This document shows, in pieces, positions 1-11,799 of a DNA stretch of 64,000 bases. How positions within the stretch are numbered: the first letter of the stretch is position 1; each line of letters starts with the position of its first letter. Origin of the DNA: Mobula hypostoma (lineage: Eukaryota); NCBI RefSeq assembly GCF_963921235.1, contig NC_086097.1, forward strand, positions 74,464,001 through 74,528,000, in the 5' to 3' direction. The notes beneath the pieces were generated by a model. It ran no database searches. It had not been told where the DNA came from and was given only the letters and a program-made list of their open reading frames with translations. Made by a program: the position numbers and the translations under genes.

Positions 1-300
1 ATCCAAGTCCATAGTTTCCTCAAAGTGGCTGCACAATTCAATAGCATATTAACTAATGCATATGGTTTGCTGACCTTACATCTGGAATACTGCAATCAAT
101 TCTTTTTACCCCATTATAGGAAGGATGTGGAGGCTATGAAGAGGATGCACAAAGGTTTTACCAGGATGTTACCTGGATTCGAGGGCTTGAGCTTTAAAGA
201 GGTTTTGGACAAACTAGAATTGTTTCCTTAGTGATTGCTGAGACAAAACCTAATAGAAGTCTTTTTTTAAATTATGATAGACGAAGATAGAATAGGTGGC
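1..300 (+). mobile_element. Degraded CR1 LINE ORF2 C-terminal remnant
   Basis: ORF 25-231 contains HLEYCNQFFLPHYRKDVEAMKRMHKGFTRMLPG, matching the CR1 C-terminal motif seen intact in ORF2 at 59-62 kb (HLEYCVQFWSP..KD..RFTRLIPG). Confidence 0.75.
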
Positions 301-379
301 TGGTATCATTTTAGCAGGATTGAAATGTACAGTACATGCATTTATGCAGAAAGTTCAAAGAAGATTTGTGGGGCAAGTT

Positions 380-478
380 GTTGATGAAGAGTCTCGGCCC
401 CAAATATTGACTGTTTACTCTTTTCCATAGATGCTGCCTGTCCTGCTGAGTTCCTCCAGCACTGTGTATTTTGCATGT
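380..478 (+). mobile_element. Penelope-like element terminal repeat remnant
   Basis: ttgatgaagagtctcggcccc...gactgtttac...atagatgctgcctgtcctgctgagttcctccagc; same family as the termini at 5.5 kb, 27.9 kb, 32.5 kb, 41 kb and 46.6 kb. Confidence 0.7.
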
Positions 479-764
479 GATGAGGGTTGTTGTCTTAGTC
501 AAAGTGTGGCTTTTTCTTCACACTTCATCACTCCTACAAATGCTGGCATGGACAAATGCATTTGCAAATGGTGATAAATAGCTTAAGTTAGTTACTGCCT
601 TCACCTCATCACAGAAACCAGTTGTCAGGTAATTTGGTTCACTCTGACATGATATGAAGAAAGCACTAAAAACTCCAGTTACGGCAAAGTCTGTGGGACC
701 ATGCCACATCTGCATGTAGGACTGAAGACTTGTACTCCAAAATTAACTGCACCTCTACCAATGA

Positions 765-1415
765 TCATAAGACCATAAGACATAGGAGCAGAATTAGGCC
801 ATCTGGCCCATTGAATCTACTCCGCCATTCAATCATAGCTGATCCTTTTTCTTTATCTCCTCCTCAACCCCATTTCCTGGCCTTCTTCCTGAAACCTTTG
901 ATGCCATGTCCAATCAAGAGCCTATCAATCTCTGCCTTAAATACACCCAACAACCTGGCCACCACAGCTGCATGTGGCAATAAATTCCACAAATTTACCA
1001 CCCTTTGGCTGAAGAAATTTCTCCATATCTCTGTTTTGAAAGGGTGCCCCTCTATCCTGAGGCTGTGCCCTCTTGTCCTAGACTCTCCCACCATGAGAAA
1101 CATCCTTTCTACATCTACTCTCTCTAGGCCTTTCAACATTTGAAAGGTTTCAATGAGATCCTCCCTTATCCTTCTGAATTCCAGCGAGTACAGATCCAGA
1201 TCCATCAAACATTCCTCGTACGATAACTCTTTCATTCCTGGAATCATCTTTGTGAACCTCCTCTGGACCCTCTCCAATGCCAGCACATCTTTTCTAAGAT
1301 GAGGAGTCCAGAACTGTTCACAATATTCAAGGTGAGTCCTCACTAGTGCCTTATTAAGCCTCAGTATCACATCCTTGCTCTTGTATTCCAGAGCTCTTGA
1401 AATGAATGCTAATGT
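765..1415 (-). mobile_element. 5'-truncated CR1 LINE (ORF2 C-terminus and 3' UTR)
   Basis: ORF 864-1436 encodes LVRTHLEYCEQFWTPHLRKDVLALERVQRRFTKMIPG...RNFFSQRVVNLWN; cataaga tail repeats at ~766-785. Confidence 0.9.
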
Positions 1416-1489
1416 GGCTCCTTCTGTGTAGTACAATGTTAGTAATAACTCAACAATGTGAAAAATTGACCAGGTACATCTACTGACTT

Positions 1490-2100
1490 AAAGGAGGACA
1501 AGCCCGATCTGGCCATAGCAATCCATTCTCAATCATCATCAAAGTAATGGGAGGCTTCACTGATGATCATCAGTATGTGACTGGTGCTTATCAATGACCT
1601 GCCTACACTTTGGAGATTTTGTTTTGGACAACTTCACCCCAGACCTCATCACAAGTTTTAACAATCATAAACCATAGAGCTGAATTCCTTAGGTGAAGCG
1701 AGGGTGACTGCCCTTGACATTTGATTGAGAAGGGTCATCTAGAACCCAGAAATAAGTGGATACTGAGGGGAAACCCCTCCAACAAGTGATAGTCTAAACT
1801 CTTCCCTTGGCACTAAAATCAATATCACCAAGTCCCTCACCTTTGACCAAAAACATAATTGGAGTGTTTAGCTACAAAACAAAATCAAGTCAGATGCTGG
1901 GTGCAATGCAACATGTGACACTCGTAAACCTTTTGATCATCTACAAGGCATGTCAAGAGTATTATAGAACTCTGTCCACTTGCAGCCCCAACAACACTCA
2001 AGGAGCCAAACACCACCCAGCGCAAACCAACCACTTGAGTGGCCGAACCTGCTGTATTCACTCTCTCAACCAATCGGGCATCATTGCACAGTGAGTATAA
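1490..2100 (+). mobile_element. Old degraded LINE RT remnant (CR1/L2-like group)
   Basis: Scattered RT-like segments (gagggtgactgcccttgacatt; IIYKAC...; gccccaacaacactcaagg); heavily frameshifted. Confidence 0.45.
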
Positions 2101-2419
2101 TCTGCATAATATACAAGCTAACCTGTGAAATGATGCAGGAGGTAAGACACATGAAATGTAAGATCAAGTATTTAGAGTTAGTACTAAAATTCATCAGCTA
2201 TTCAACTGCATATTCCCAGCACAGATGGATTACCAATCATAACACTCACTTAATGTTTCAGTTACAATATTAATAAGAGAAAAATCTCTCTTCTGAACTC
2301 CCATTTCTTCATCTTTGCTGATTTTATAACCTGAATGAGCACAATAATTTTATTTGCTGCCATTATCTTACACCGACAGAAAATAGAATTCCTGGACAAT
2401 TGGTTTGCAAAGTTGCACA

Positions 2420-2710
2420 GTAGGTATGTTGCTGCCTCGTAACTCCATGATCCTGATCCCCAGTGCCATCTGTGTAGGGTTTGCATATGACCATGTTGTT
2501 TCTGTTAGGTGCTCTATGGATGCCTCGAAACGCATGCTGCTGGGTCAATTGTCTGTGAATTATCCCAAGTGTTGCTGGACAGCAGGTGTATCCGGAAGGA
2601 ACTGAGAGAATAGGCTACAAGGAAAATAAAGAGGGAAATGGAGTTGATGAGCTTGCTTTGTGGATAACTGGCTTGGATCCAATAGGCTGAATGGTCTCCT
2701 TCGGTGTCAA
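2420..2710 (+). mobile_element. Degraded HE1/V-SINE-like SINE
   Basis: ctgtgtagggtttgcata...gaccatg core and CR1-type tail (ggctgaatggtctccttc); similar to copies at 5.2 kb and 39.4 kb. Confidence 0.5.
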
Positions 2711-5149
2711 AGAAAGTTAATAATTCTCCCTTCCTCTGCAGCTTAAAAATGTGTCATTGTACCTGTAGGTTTCCATTGAAATAAAGAAAGTAATAAGGTC
2801 TAGATGGCATTTGAGATATTTCAACAAGAATGAAATGATATCCTTTGTTATTAACAACTGAGCTTAATCTCTTTATTTCAACCTTTTAAAATAACATATT
2901 CAATAATAATATTATCATGTTATATTCAGTAGCAGAATCTTATAAGAAATTCATTTTGATTGCAAATTTAAAATCTGAGAGCTTCTTATTCAATAGTCCA
3001 GCAATCTTTGTGGTTTCATTATCTTTGAAACCCTGTTGAACACTCAGCAACCAAGACTTATTTAAGTGGATAAGGTCAAATTATCCTAATAACAGACTAA
3101 TTCATTTAAAAAGGTCATATTTCAATGATAGTTAAACTCAAATTTTAATTTTATACAGTGTCAAAGTGATCCATCAAAATCTTAATTGTTCTATGTTCAG
3201 AAACATTTTATTCCTTTATCTTCAATAAAGAGAATTAAAATATAAACACCTAATATTTAAGTGCCATTTGTTAAACAGCACATAATTCACAATTGAAGAA
3301 GTGCTTCTGGATTCAGGATTGAATTAAACGGTCATGTTACATAAATTGCATTTTGTCATCTATATTTTTCTAATATAAATTTTAAAACTTGCTGATCAGG
3401 TCTCACTAGTGCATTTATTTTCAGTTGATCGGTGTAATATAACCTTCACAATTCCCCAATGACGTTAAATTCACTTAGATTTGCTGAATGGAGAAAGAGT
3501 TTCAAGTGAGTATAGGATGTAAAACTCTACCAGTGCATCCGATAATGCAGTAGGGACACAATATACTCATAAACTGAACCCTATAATGCACACAATTACA
3601 TTTTGGTGTGAGTATTCTTGATACAAAATGAGGTATCAGTTTTAAATTGATATTATTAACAAGAGGCTTCTGCAGATAGGTTTCTCTCTCTATAGGCAAT
3701 ATTAAAACAGGAAAATCTAGTGTATTAGTGCTCATTAATTATACACAACAAATATGAAAAACCTTCGAAAAAATGTAAAACTTGGAAGTATGTTAAAAGT
3801 GCTTCAAAAATTATTTCAATTGCTGTTCAGATCAAAAAGTTTTTATGGTAGGCCAATATGCTATTACATCTTCACTGATGTAAAGAAAAATATAGTTGGT
3901 AGCTGATGAGAAGGGTGTTCTGAATTAGATCAATATTGATGAAGATCCCGCAGCACAGAATGATTGTGAGGGGTTTGTAAAGGCTCGCAATGAAAATACT
4001 AATCTAAAAAAATCTGAAAATTGGAAGAAATTTTCAGAAGATATACAGACATTTATTAATGAACACATTATTTGTGGGAAAGAGATAACATTCATTTTAG
4101 ATATTTACATTTTTAAAATCAATTTCTCCCACAACAGGTCCTTACTAATGGCAAAGTTTCATTTTGATCACACTCTGTCCATTGTGAGACTTGGCAACCA
4201 ATTTTACCAAAGAAGACATCACAGCTAGGCACCATTTATTCTGTAGCAAAATAAGAAATGGGAAACATGAGTGACTTACTTTTAAAATTGGGAGCACAGA
4301 AGCCAATTTTTACGTTTCTGACAATATCCTAAATTGAACTCATAGATGCACAGGCATCTTCCACAGTCTTAGTAGTGCATCTTTATCTCAATCACCTGGT
4401 CAATGAACTTACAGTGTAATCAAGGGGTCTGGATACCGTGCATTTGCATCAAATTAAGATCCTCGCTGAGCAGTTTAGTGGCTAAAGTATTTTCCCCTAT
4501 TTTAAAAGGATAGTCTATTCATGAAAGTTGAAGCTGCTATCTTCCCTTAAAAGTAACCTCAATATGATTATGAGTGCTACAACACAAAGGAAGCACCCAA
4601 TGTCAGAGAGTTATCTCAATGATTCAGTAGCATAATAAACCCCACCTCATGCTAACAGAAGAAAAGTAGTAAGTATTCCAAGTTTCTTGGCCAGTGTTGC
4701 TTCCGCAAGCAGGTATAGTTTCATTAGGTAGTCATTACTGTTTGAGACATCCTGTTGCCTGCTCTGCTTATCTACCTGGTTACATTTCAACAATAACTAA
4801 TTGTTTGAAAGAGCTTTAACCTGCTTCTGCTGTGTGAATCCATGCCCTTTCTATCATCTATCAAGGGATTATTTCTATTATGGTGGAGAATGAAGAAGGT
4901 TTTACTGCAGAAGATTAAATAATTAAAAATTCATATCTTCTCTGCAAAACACAATGGTCTTTTTGAGACACTAGTCAATTGTGTTTTGTTACATTACCGA
5001 CAAAATAACATAGGTTTGGACAAAAGGTACTCTGCCGTACCTAAACCCACATATTGCATTCACAAAGTGATCCAGGTGCAAAAAACTAGTGTTTAAACAG
5101 GTTGATGAATGAGTTAATATTGCATATACATTTTTGTTAACTGTGTAAG

Positions 5150-5790
5150 GACAGCATGATAATGTAACACCCTATAATGCAAGCTGTAACTTTGGGGTTC
5201 AATTGCCTCTGCTGTCTGTAAGGAGTTTGTATATTCTCACCGTGACTGCGTGGGTTTTGTCTGGGTGCTCTAGTTTTCTCCCACATACTAAGACGTATAA
5301 TTTAGAGTTAGTAGAGTGGTGGCCATTCTATATTTCGTAGAACAGCAGGGAAGCATTGCCACAGTTGCTGACTGTCCTCAGCATATCTTGGATGCCGTTG
5401 GTCGTTGACACAAACAACACATTTCACTGTATGTTTTTTAAAAATGCAAACAACAGGAATTCTGCAGATGCTGGAAATTCAAGCAACACACATCAAAGTT
5501 GCTGGTGAACGCAGCAGGCCAGGCAGCATCTCTAGGAAGAGGTACAGTCGACGTTTCAGGCCGAGACCCTTGATGAAGGGTCTCGGCCTAAAACGTCGAC
5601 TGTACCTCTTCCTAGAGATGCTACCTGGCCTGCTGCGTTCACCAGCAACTTTGATGTCTCGGCCTAAAACGTCGACTGTACCTCTTCCTAGAGATGCTGC
5701 CTGGCCTGCTGCGTTCACCAGCAACTTTGATGTGTGTCACTGTATGTTTTGATGTTTCAATGTACATGTGATTATATAAAGTTAATCTTT
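5150..5790 (+). mobile_element. tRNA-derived SINE interrupted by a Penelope fold-back insertion
   Basis: B-box-like ggggttcaatt, core ctgtaaggagtttgtatattctcaccgtgactgcgtgggttt, and a tail that resumes after the duplicated tcactgtatgtttt. Confidence 0.7.
5438..5736. mobile_element. Fold-back (inverted plus tandem) Penelope terminal-repeat insertion with 14-bp TSD
   Basis: Arms 5490-5571 and 5576-5657 are inverted repeats with 2 mismatches; third direct copy ~5656-5736; TSD tcactgtatgtttt at 5424-5437 and 5737-5750. Confidence 0.85.
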
Positions 5791-6902
5791 TAAATTGTAT
5801 TTTAATAGTTATTTTCTCAAGAAACTAATCTACTTCAATTTGATATTTGATATTTAAACCATTTCCATTATAACTCTAGAGAAATCATATCAATGTTACT
5901 GTAAAACCTTTGATAAACCACACTCCTTCCTAGTTCCACCAACACAGAAATGGTATATTTTAATAAAAGGATATTAACTTATTTTGCTATCGCTGAAATC
6001 ATATCTGAAGTACTTAACACAGGTCTCCTTACAATAATTATTAGGAGTCCAGGATTTCTCCTGTCATGCTCAATATCAACCAGAGCAAAAACATTTTTAC
6101 AGATGATCAAATATGTATCCTTAACTACAGGAGTTCTGACACTGAGTAGCAAAAACTGTTCATTTTGTTTACTGAGACATTTTCCTTGTTGACATTTCTT
6201 TTCCTTGTTTCTAATTTTGCAAGTTTTGATGTTCCCACTTAAATTACTTCTTGCCACAGACCTCAGCTCATTTGATAAACAGCACATAAAATATATTTAA
6301 TGCCTCTGCCTGGATTCTACAATGTTGTATTAATGTTACAGAGGTTATTTAGCACTGGGTGACCTTTGGTTGTCCATTCTACCTTTGTGCTTCTCATTAC
6401 CTTTTATCTCCATGATCCTAAAGCAGACACACGTACCTTTGGAACAAAGGACGTCTATAGGATGAGTCAAATCTTCACTTTGGAACAAATCAGAAGTATA
6501 AGCCCCAGAAGGCAATTCAGCCCATCTTGCCCACAAAAGTTCTTTAAAAGAATCTTCAGTTTGTCACATTTCCCTACTTTTTTCCTGTGGCCCATAAAGT
6601 TTCTGAATTTTTCTCAAGCATATCACGAGTGCAGCTGCCTTTTATAGACAGCAGTGTACATTGCCTGCCTGTTGTCTCCATGTTTCAATCTCCCACGTTG
6701 CTTTAATCGGTGACATCAGCGAGGAATCTGGTCATCCACAGGGACACACCCAGTACAGCTGTAGATCATGGACTATGACAGGACCCCAGCTGCCTTGAAA
6801 AAGACATGAGAAGAGAAAAAATTAAACTGTTTTGCGGATGAACTGGAAGAAGTTGCCCAAGTCCACAAAAAACTCTGGCACCATTTTAGCTCCTCCCATT
6901 TC

Positions 6903-6943
6903 TGTGTGTAAATATTTGTGTGCATGTGCATTTAAATTTGTAT

Positions 6944-6984
<41 letters not shown>

Positions 6985-7668
6985 CGCGTGCGTGTGTGTG
7001 TGTCTGTGTGTGTAAATACATTTGTGTGTATACGTATGTGTAAATTATGTGTATACGTTTGAATATGTGCATGTATGCATATATATGTATATGTGTTGTG
7101 CATATATAAGTAAATGTATGTGCATATGTATATTTGTATGCATGTGTATGTATATGTATTTGTCTGAGTGTATATGTATGTGTATGCCTTTGTGTCAATG
7201 TGTTGTATATATATGTCTGTACATTCCTATGTATATGCAATGTGCATGTGTGTGAATATGTGCATGTATATGTATGTATATGCTTGTGTGTATATAGGTA
7301 TATGTGTGCATATATGTGTGTAAGTATGTATGTTGTGTATGTTTGTGTATATATGTATATGTGTGTGCATGTAAATATGTACGTGTGTGTGCAAATATTC
7401 ATGAGTATGTATGTGTGAGTGTATGTGTATGTTTGTAAATATGTATATGTGTGTGTAAATGTGTGTTTGCATGCATATATGAATAAGTATATGTGCATGC
7501 ATAAGTGTGCATAAATATGTATATGTGCATATATATGTGTATCTGTTTATGTGTATTTATATGTTTGTGTGTGTGTATGTATTAATGTGTTCCTATATGT
7601 ATGCATGTGCAATTATGTGTGTATATATTAGTGTATATTTGTGTGTGTGCATATGCGTAGGTTTGTGT
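6903..7668. repeat. Degenerate (TG/TA)n low-complexity tract with a pure (TG)n(CG)n core
   Basis: About 770 bp of mostly alternating purine-pyrimidine; core at ~6946-7002. Confidence 0.95.
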
Positions 7669-9184
7669 GGAGGATCAGAGAGATCTTGGGGTCCATGTCC
7701 CTAGGACGCTCAAAGCTGCTTGCAGGTTGACAGTGTTGTTAAGAAGGCGTATGGTGTGTTGGCTTTCATCAACCATGGGACTGGGTTCAAGAGCCGTGAG
7801 ATAACATTACAGCTATGTAAGACCTTAGTCAGACCCCACTTAGAGTATTATATTCATTTCTGGTCACCTCACTACAGGAAGGATGTGGAAACTATAGAAA
7901 GAGTGCAGAGGAGATTTACAAGGATGTTACCTGGATTGGGGAGCATGCCTTCTGGGAATAGGTTGAGTGAACTTAGCCTTTCCTCCTTGAAGCGACAGAG
8001 GATGAAAGGTGACCTGATAGAGGTGTATAAGATGATGAGAGGCATTGATCATGTGGATAGTCAGAGGCTTTTTCTCAGGGCTGAAATGTCTAACACGAGG
8101 GGGCATAGTTTTAAGGTGCTTGGAAGCAGGTACAGAGGGGATGTCAGGGAAAATTTTTAACACAGAGTGGTGGGTGTGTGGAATGCACTGCCAACAACAG
8201 TGGTGGAAATGAAGAGCAGGCGCAAGAAGGAAAGAAATACTCTTTTTCAACGGTATAGGAAACTAATGAGTGAAATACAAAAGTCCAATAGAATTATGGA
8301 TTTTAATACATAGTTAGACCATGGAACTTCTATTTTTAGATACAATAGGGTCTTTTAAGAGAGGTACATGGAGCTTAGAAAAATAGAGGGCTCTGTGGTA
8401 GAGCAATTCTAGGCAGTTTCTAGAGTAGGTTACGTGATTAGATTATTAGATTAGATTATGAGGACACGCAGTCCTCGTTTATTATCATATAGTAATGCAT
8501 GCATTAATAAATGATACAATGTTCCTCCAGTATGATATCACAGAAACACAAGACAGACCAAGACTAAAAAACCGACAAAAAACACATAATTATAACATAG
8601 CAATACCATAATTTGATAAAGAACAGACCAAGGGCACGGTAACAAAAAGTCTCAAAGTCTCAATAGTCCCATCATCTCACGCAGAAGGTAGAAGGAAGAA
8701 AACTCTCCCTGCCATGAACCTCCAGCGCCGCAAACTTGCCGATGCAGCACGCTGGAAGTACCCGACCACAGCCGACTCTTGAGTCCGTCCGAAAACTTTG
8801 AGCCTCCGACCAGCCCTCCAACACCGAGCACCGAGCACCATCTCTGCTGAGCGCTTCGACCCCGGCCCCGGCCACTAAGAAACAGGCAAAGCCAAGGATT
8901 CGGGGCCTTCCCCTCTGGAGATTCTCAATCGCACAGCAGCAGCGGCAGTGAAGCGGGCATTTCAGAAGTTTCTCCAGATGTTCCTCCGTGCTTCTCACAT
9001 CTGTCTCCATCAAATCAGAATTGTGCACGGTTGCCCTACCTAATAAATACAGATATCATTTACTGGAGAGGCCGCGCGCGCTGCATCGCCCCACCATATT
9101 CTCCTCCCCCTCTGATCGGCACAACATTGAGGGCGGCAGGGCCTGTAATGTGCTGTAGATTTCTATGTTCTATGTATGTTCTAT
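7669..9184 (+). mobile_element. 5'-truncated CR1 LINE carrying two internal insertions
   Basis: ORF 7720-8160 (QVDSVVKKAYGVLAFI...RPHLEYYIHFWSPHYRKD); 3' tail ends ttctatgttctatg at ~9160-9184; interrupted at 8208-8337 and 8439-9112. Confidence 0.9.
8439..9112 (-). mobile_element. Non-autonomous retroposon (~670 bp), copy 1
   Basis: Colinear with 50886-51576; GC-rich head and AT-rich tail ending aataaa...(taatc)n on the minus strand; flanked by tgat at 8435-8438 and 9113-9116. Confidence 0.8.
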
Positions 9185-9734
9185 ATAGTGGACTCCCTAT
9201 TAGAAGTAACAATGAACTAGCTTCCATCATCCTATCAAGCTTCACATTACAGACTGAACATCGCTACATGATCCTTTGTCCTTTGACTACAGTGTAGATG
9301 AGATCATGTTTATGGTCAGTAACATTTCGAGGTCTGACTCAGGAAAGGAAAGAAATTCCTGGTATCAGGAGTGTAAAAAGAGTTGGCTCCTTTCTTTTCA
9401 TTCACATTAGGAGTTCAGACTGCGGTCATTCCTCACAGAAACTTAATTCCAGCATTGACTATAGAAAACTTTTCTCTGCAGAGAGAATCTTCTCTCATGT
9501 TATTGGTCTGTGTTATAAAGGTAGAGAAGAGAAAGTCCTTTACGTAAAAGACTGCAACTCTTTAGAATCCTCTGTGGATGCCCATTGTAGAGCACGTTCC
9601 AGGATGTAATCAGGAAATTTTCAGGTACCTAATGCAATCGGATGATATGGAGGCTTCTTGGGCAGGCAGAATCAGCCTATGACAACAGAGTGGGTTCTAC
9701 ATGCCACCTCTTGCTTCCTTTTCTTATGTTCTTT

Positions 9735-11642
9735 TGCAAATCCCTGCAGCATCTGGTGACCCTGTGAATTCTGTCTTGGAGGCCGACTTCAGAACATCTT
9801 TCAAGTGGGTGAACCCTTTCAAGGCATCAGGCCCTGATGGCATACCTGGTACAGCACTGAAAACCTGTGCCAACCAGCTGACAGAAGTGTTCAAGGACAG
9901 CTTCAGTTGCTCACTGCTGCAGTCAGAGGGTCTCCCTGATCAAAAGGGTGACAATCATACCAGTACCCAAGATGAGCAGAGTAAGCTGTCTCAATGACTT
10001 TCGCTCAGTTGCACTCATGTCTACTGTGATGAAGTGCTTTGAGAGGTTGGTCATGGCCAGAATCAGCTCCTGCCTAAGCAAGGACGTGGACGCACTGCAA
10101 TTTGTCTATCACTGGCTCTCCACTCGGCCTTGGATTATCCAGACAATAGCAATGCCTATGGCAGGCTGCTGTTCATTGACCACATCTCACCGTTCAACAC
10201 TATCATATCCTCCAAAACCTAGGCATCTGTACCTCCCTCTGCAACTGGATCCTTGGTTTCCTCATCGGGAGACCGCAACTAGTGTGGGTTGGAAATAACA
10301 TCTCCTCCTTACTGACAATCAACACTGGTGCACTTCAAAGATGCATGCTTCGCGCACTGCTCTACTCTCTCTCACAAATATATGGCTAGCCACAGCTCAA
10401 ACACCATCCATCAATTTGCCGATGACACGAATATTGTTGGCAGAATTTCAGATGGTTACAAGGATGTGTACGGGAATGAGATAGATCAGCTGGTTGAGTG
10501 GTGCAACAGCAATAAACTTGAAATCAACATCAGTTAGACCAAGCAATTAATTGCGGACTTCAGGAAGGGGAAGTCAAGGATACACACACCAGTCCTCATT
10601 GTGGGATCAGCAGTGGAATGAGGGAGCAATTTCAATTCACATGTGTCAACACCTCTGAAGATCTATCCTAGGCCCAACATATTAATGTCACAGTCCCAAC
10701 CGTTAATTCCCCATTTTCTCCTAATTCCCTATTTTCTCCTAATTCCCTTTGATGACAGCACACCTGGTTTTCATCAAGACCTGTAGCATAAGAACCCCGG
10801 CTTTGCATCCACTAGTTGCCAGGTTGTTGGTTTTGCCTGTGTGGTAATCAACGATCCCGGCCGCTTAGGCTGCTTCAGTACCGAAAATTACCTGGAAACT
10901 CAGTCTCTTCGTGTCAAGATTAGTTTTCTAAATTCTACTCCATTTCCGAGGTTTACCCGTGAAACTCAGTCGCTCGGTGTCAAGATCAGTTCTGCCTATC
11001 TCCTGCCTTCCCGCACTCTCTCCTGTTTGCCGTTCAACGCTCACGCTCGCGTCTGCATCCTAACACATCTTCCGTGCCTGTGTCCTGCACTTGGGCTCGC
11101 CTCATTCTTTGCAACAATTTAGGCAATTACAAAGAAGGCATGACAGTAGCTATATTTCATCAAGAGTTCCCTCCCTCCTTTGAGGAGACATGATATGACA
11201 CCAAAGGCTTGCAAATTTTTACAGTTGCACTTTGGAGAGCATTCTAGCTGACTGTATCACCATTTGGTATGGAGGGACCACTGCACAGGCTTGGGAAAAG
11301 CAGCAGAAAGTTGCAAGCTGAACCAGCTCCATCAAGTGCAGCCGCCTCCCTGCCATCTAGGACACCTTGAAAATGCAGTGCCTCAGAAAAGGTGGCATCC
11401 ATCAGTCAGGACTCTTATCACCCAGATTTCCCCTCCCCCATCAGATTTCTAAATGGACAATGAACCCATGAACACTACCTCACTATTTTTCCTTCTCTTT
11501 TTGCACTAGTTGTTTGATATATTTTATACAGTATGTATTTTTATTGTAATTTATAGTTTTTATTATTTTGAATTGCAACACCAAACAACAAATTTCATCA
11601 CCTACACCAGTAATATTGAATATGATTGAGACTGTGATTCTG
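9735..11642 (+). mobile_element. Degraded Rex1/Babar LINE (RT to 3' end)
   Basis: NPFKASGPDGIPG..LKTCANQL, IIPVPK...[34 protein letters not shown]; tail caaatttc...gattctga. Confidence 0.9.
10686..11116. mobile_element. Solo LTR (Gypsy-like) inside the Rex1 LINE
   Basis: TG...CA termini (tgtcaca...tgcaaca); attaa/attta flanks; host LINE sequence resumes on both sides; internal 18-bp tandem repeat. Confidence 0.75.
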
Positions 11643-11647
11643 ACTTA

Positions 11648-11775
11648 GTGGGCCCATGGCCTCCTCTTCTGCCACAATGAGGCTACTTTCAAGTTGGAGA
11701 ACCAACACCTCATATTCCATCTGGGTAGCCTCCAACTTGCTAGCATGAATATCGATTTCTCCAACTTCTGGTTAA
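11648..11775 (+). mobile_element. Penelope-like GIY-YIG C-terminal fragment
   Basis: Encodes HGLLFCHNEATFKLENQHLIFHLGSLQLASMNIDFSNF, the same motif as at 27.5 kb. Confidence 0.8.
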
Positions 11776-11799
11776 CCCCGCCCCCCCCCCCCCCCCATG

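Noticed and set aside
5405..5752. ORFs on both strands with near-identical peptides
   Set aside because: Artefact of the inverted repeat; not a gene
5950..6287. Overlapping 80-aa and 102-aa ORFs in unique DNA
   Set aside because: No recognisable motif or convincing splice boundaries; lengths compatible with chance
6822..7704. Several ORFs of 65-188 aa rich in H/T/Y or V/C/M
   Set aside because: Translations of the TG/TA low-complexity tract
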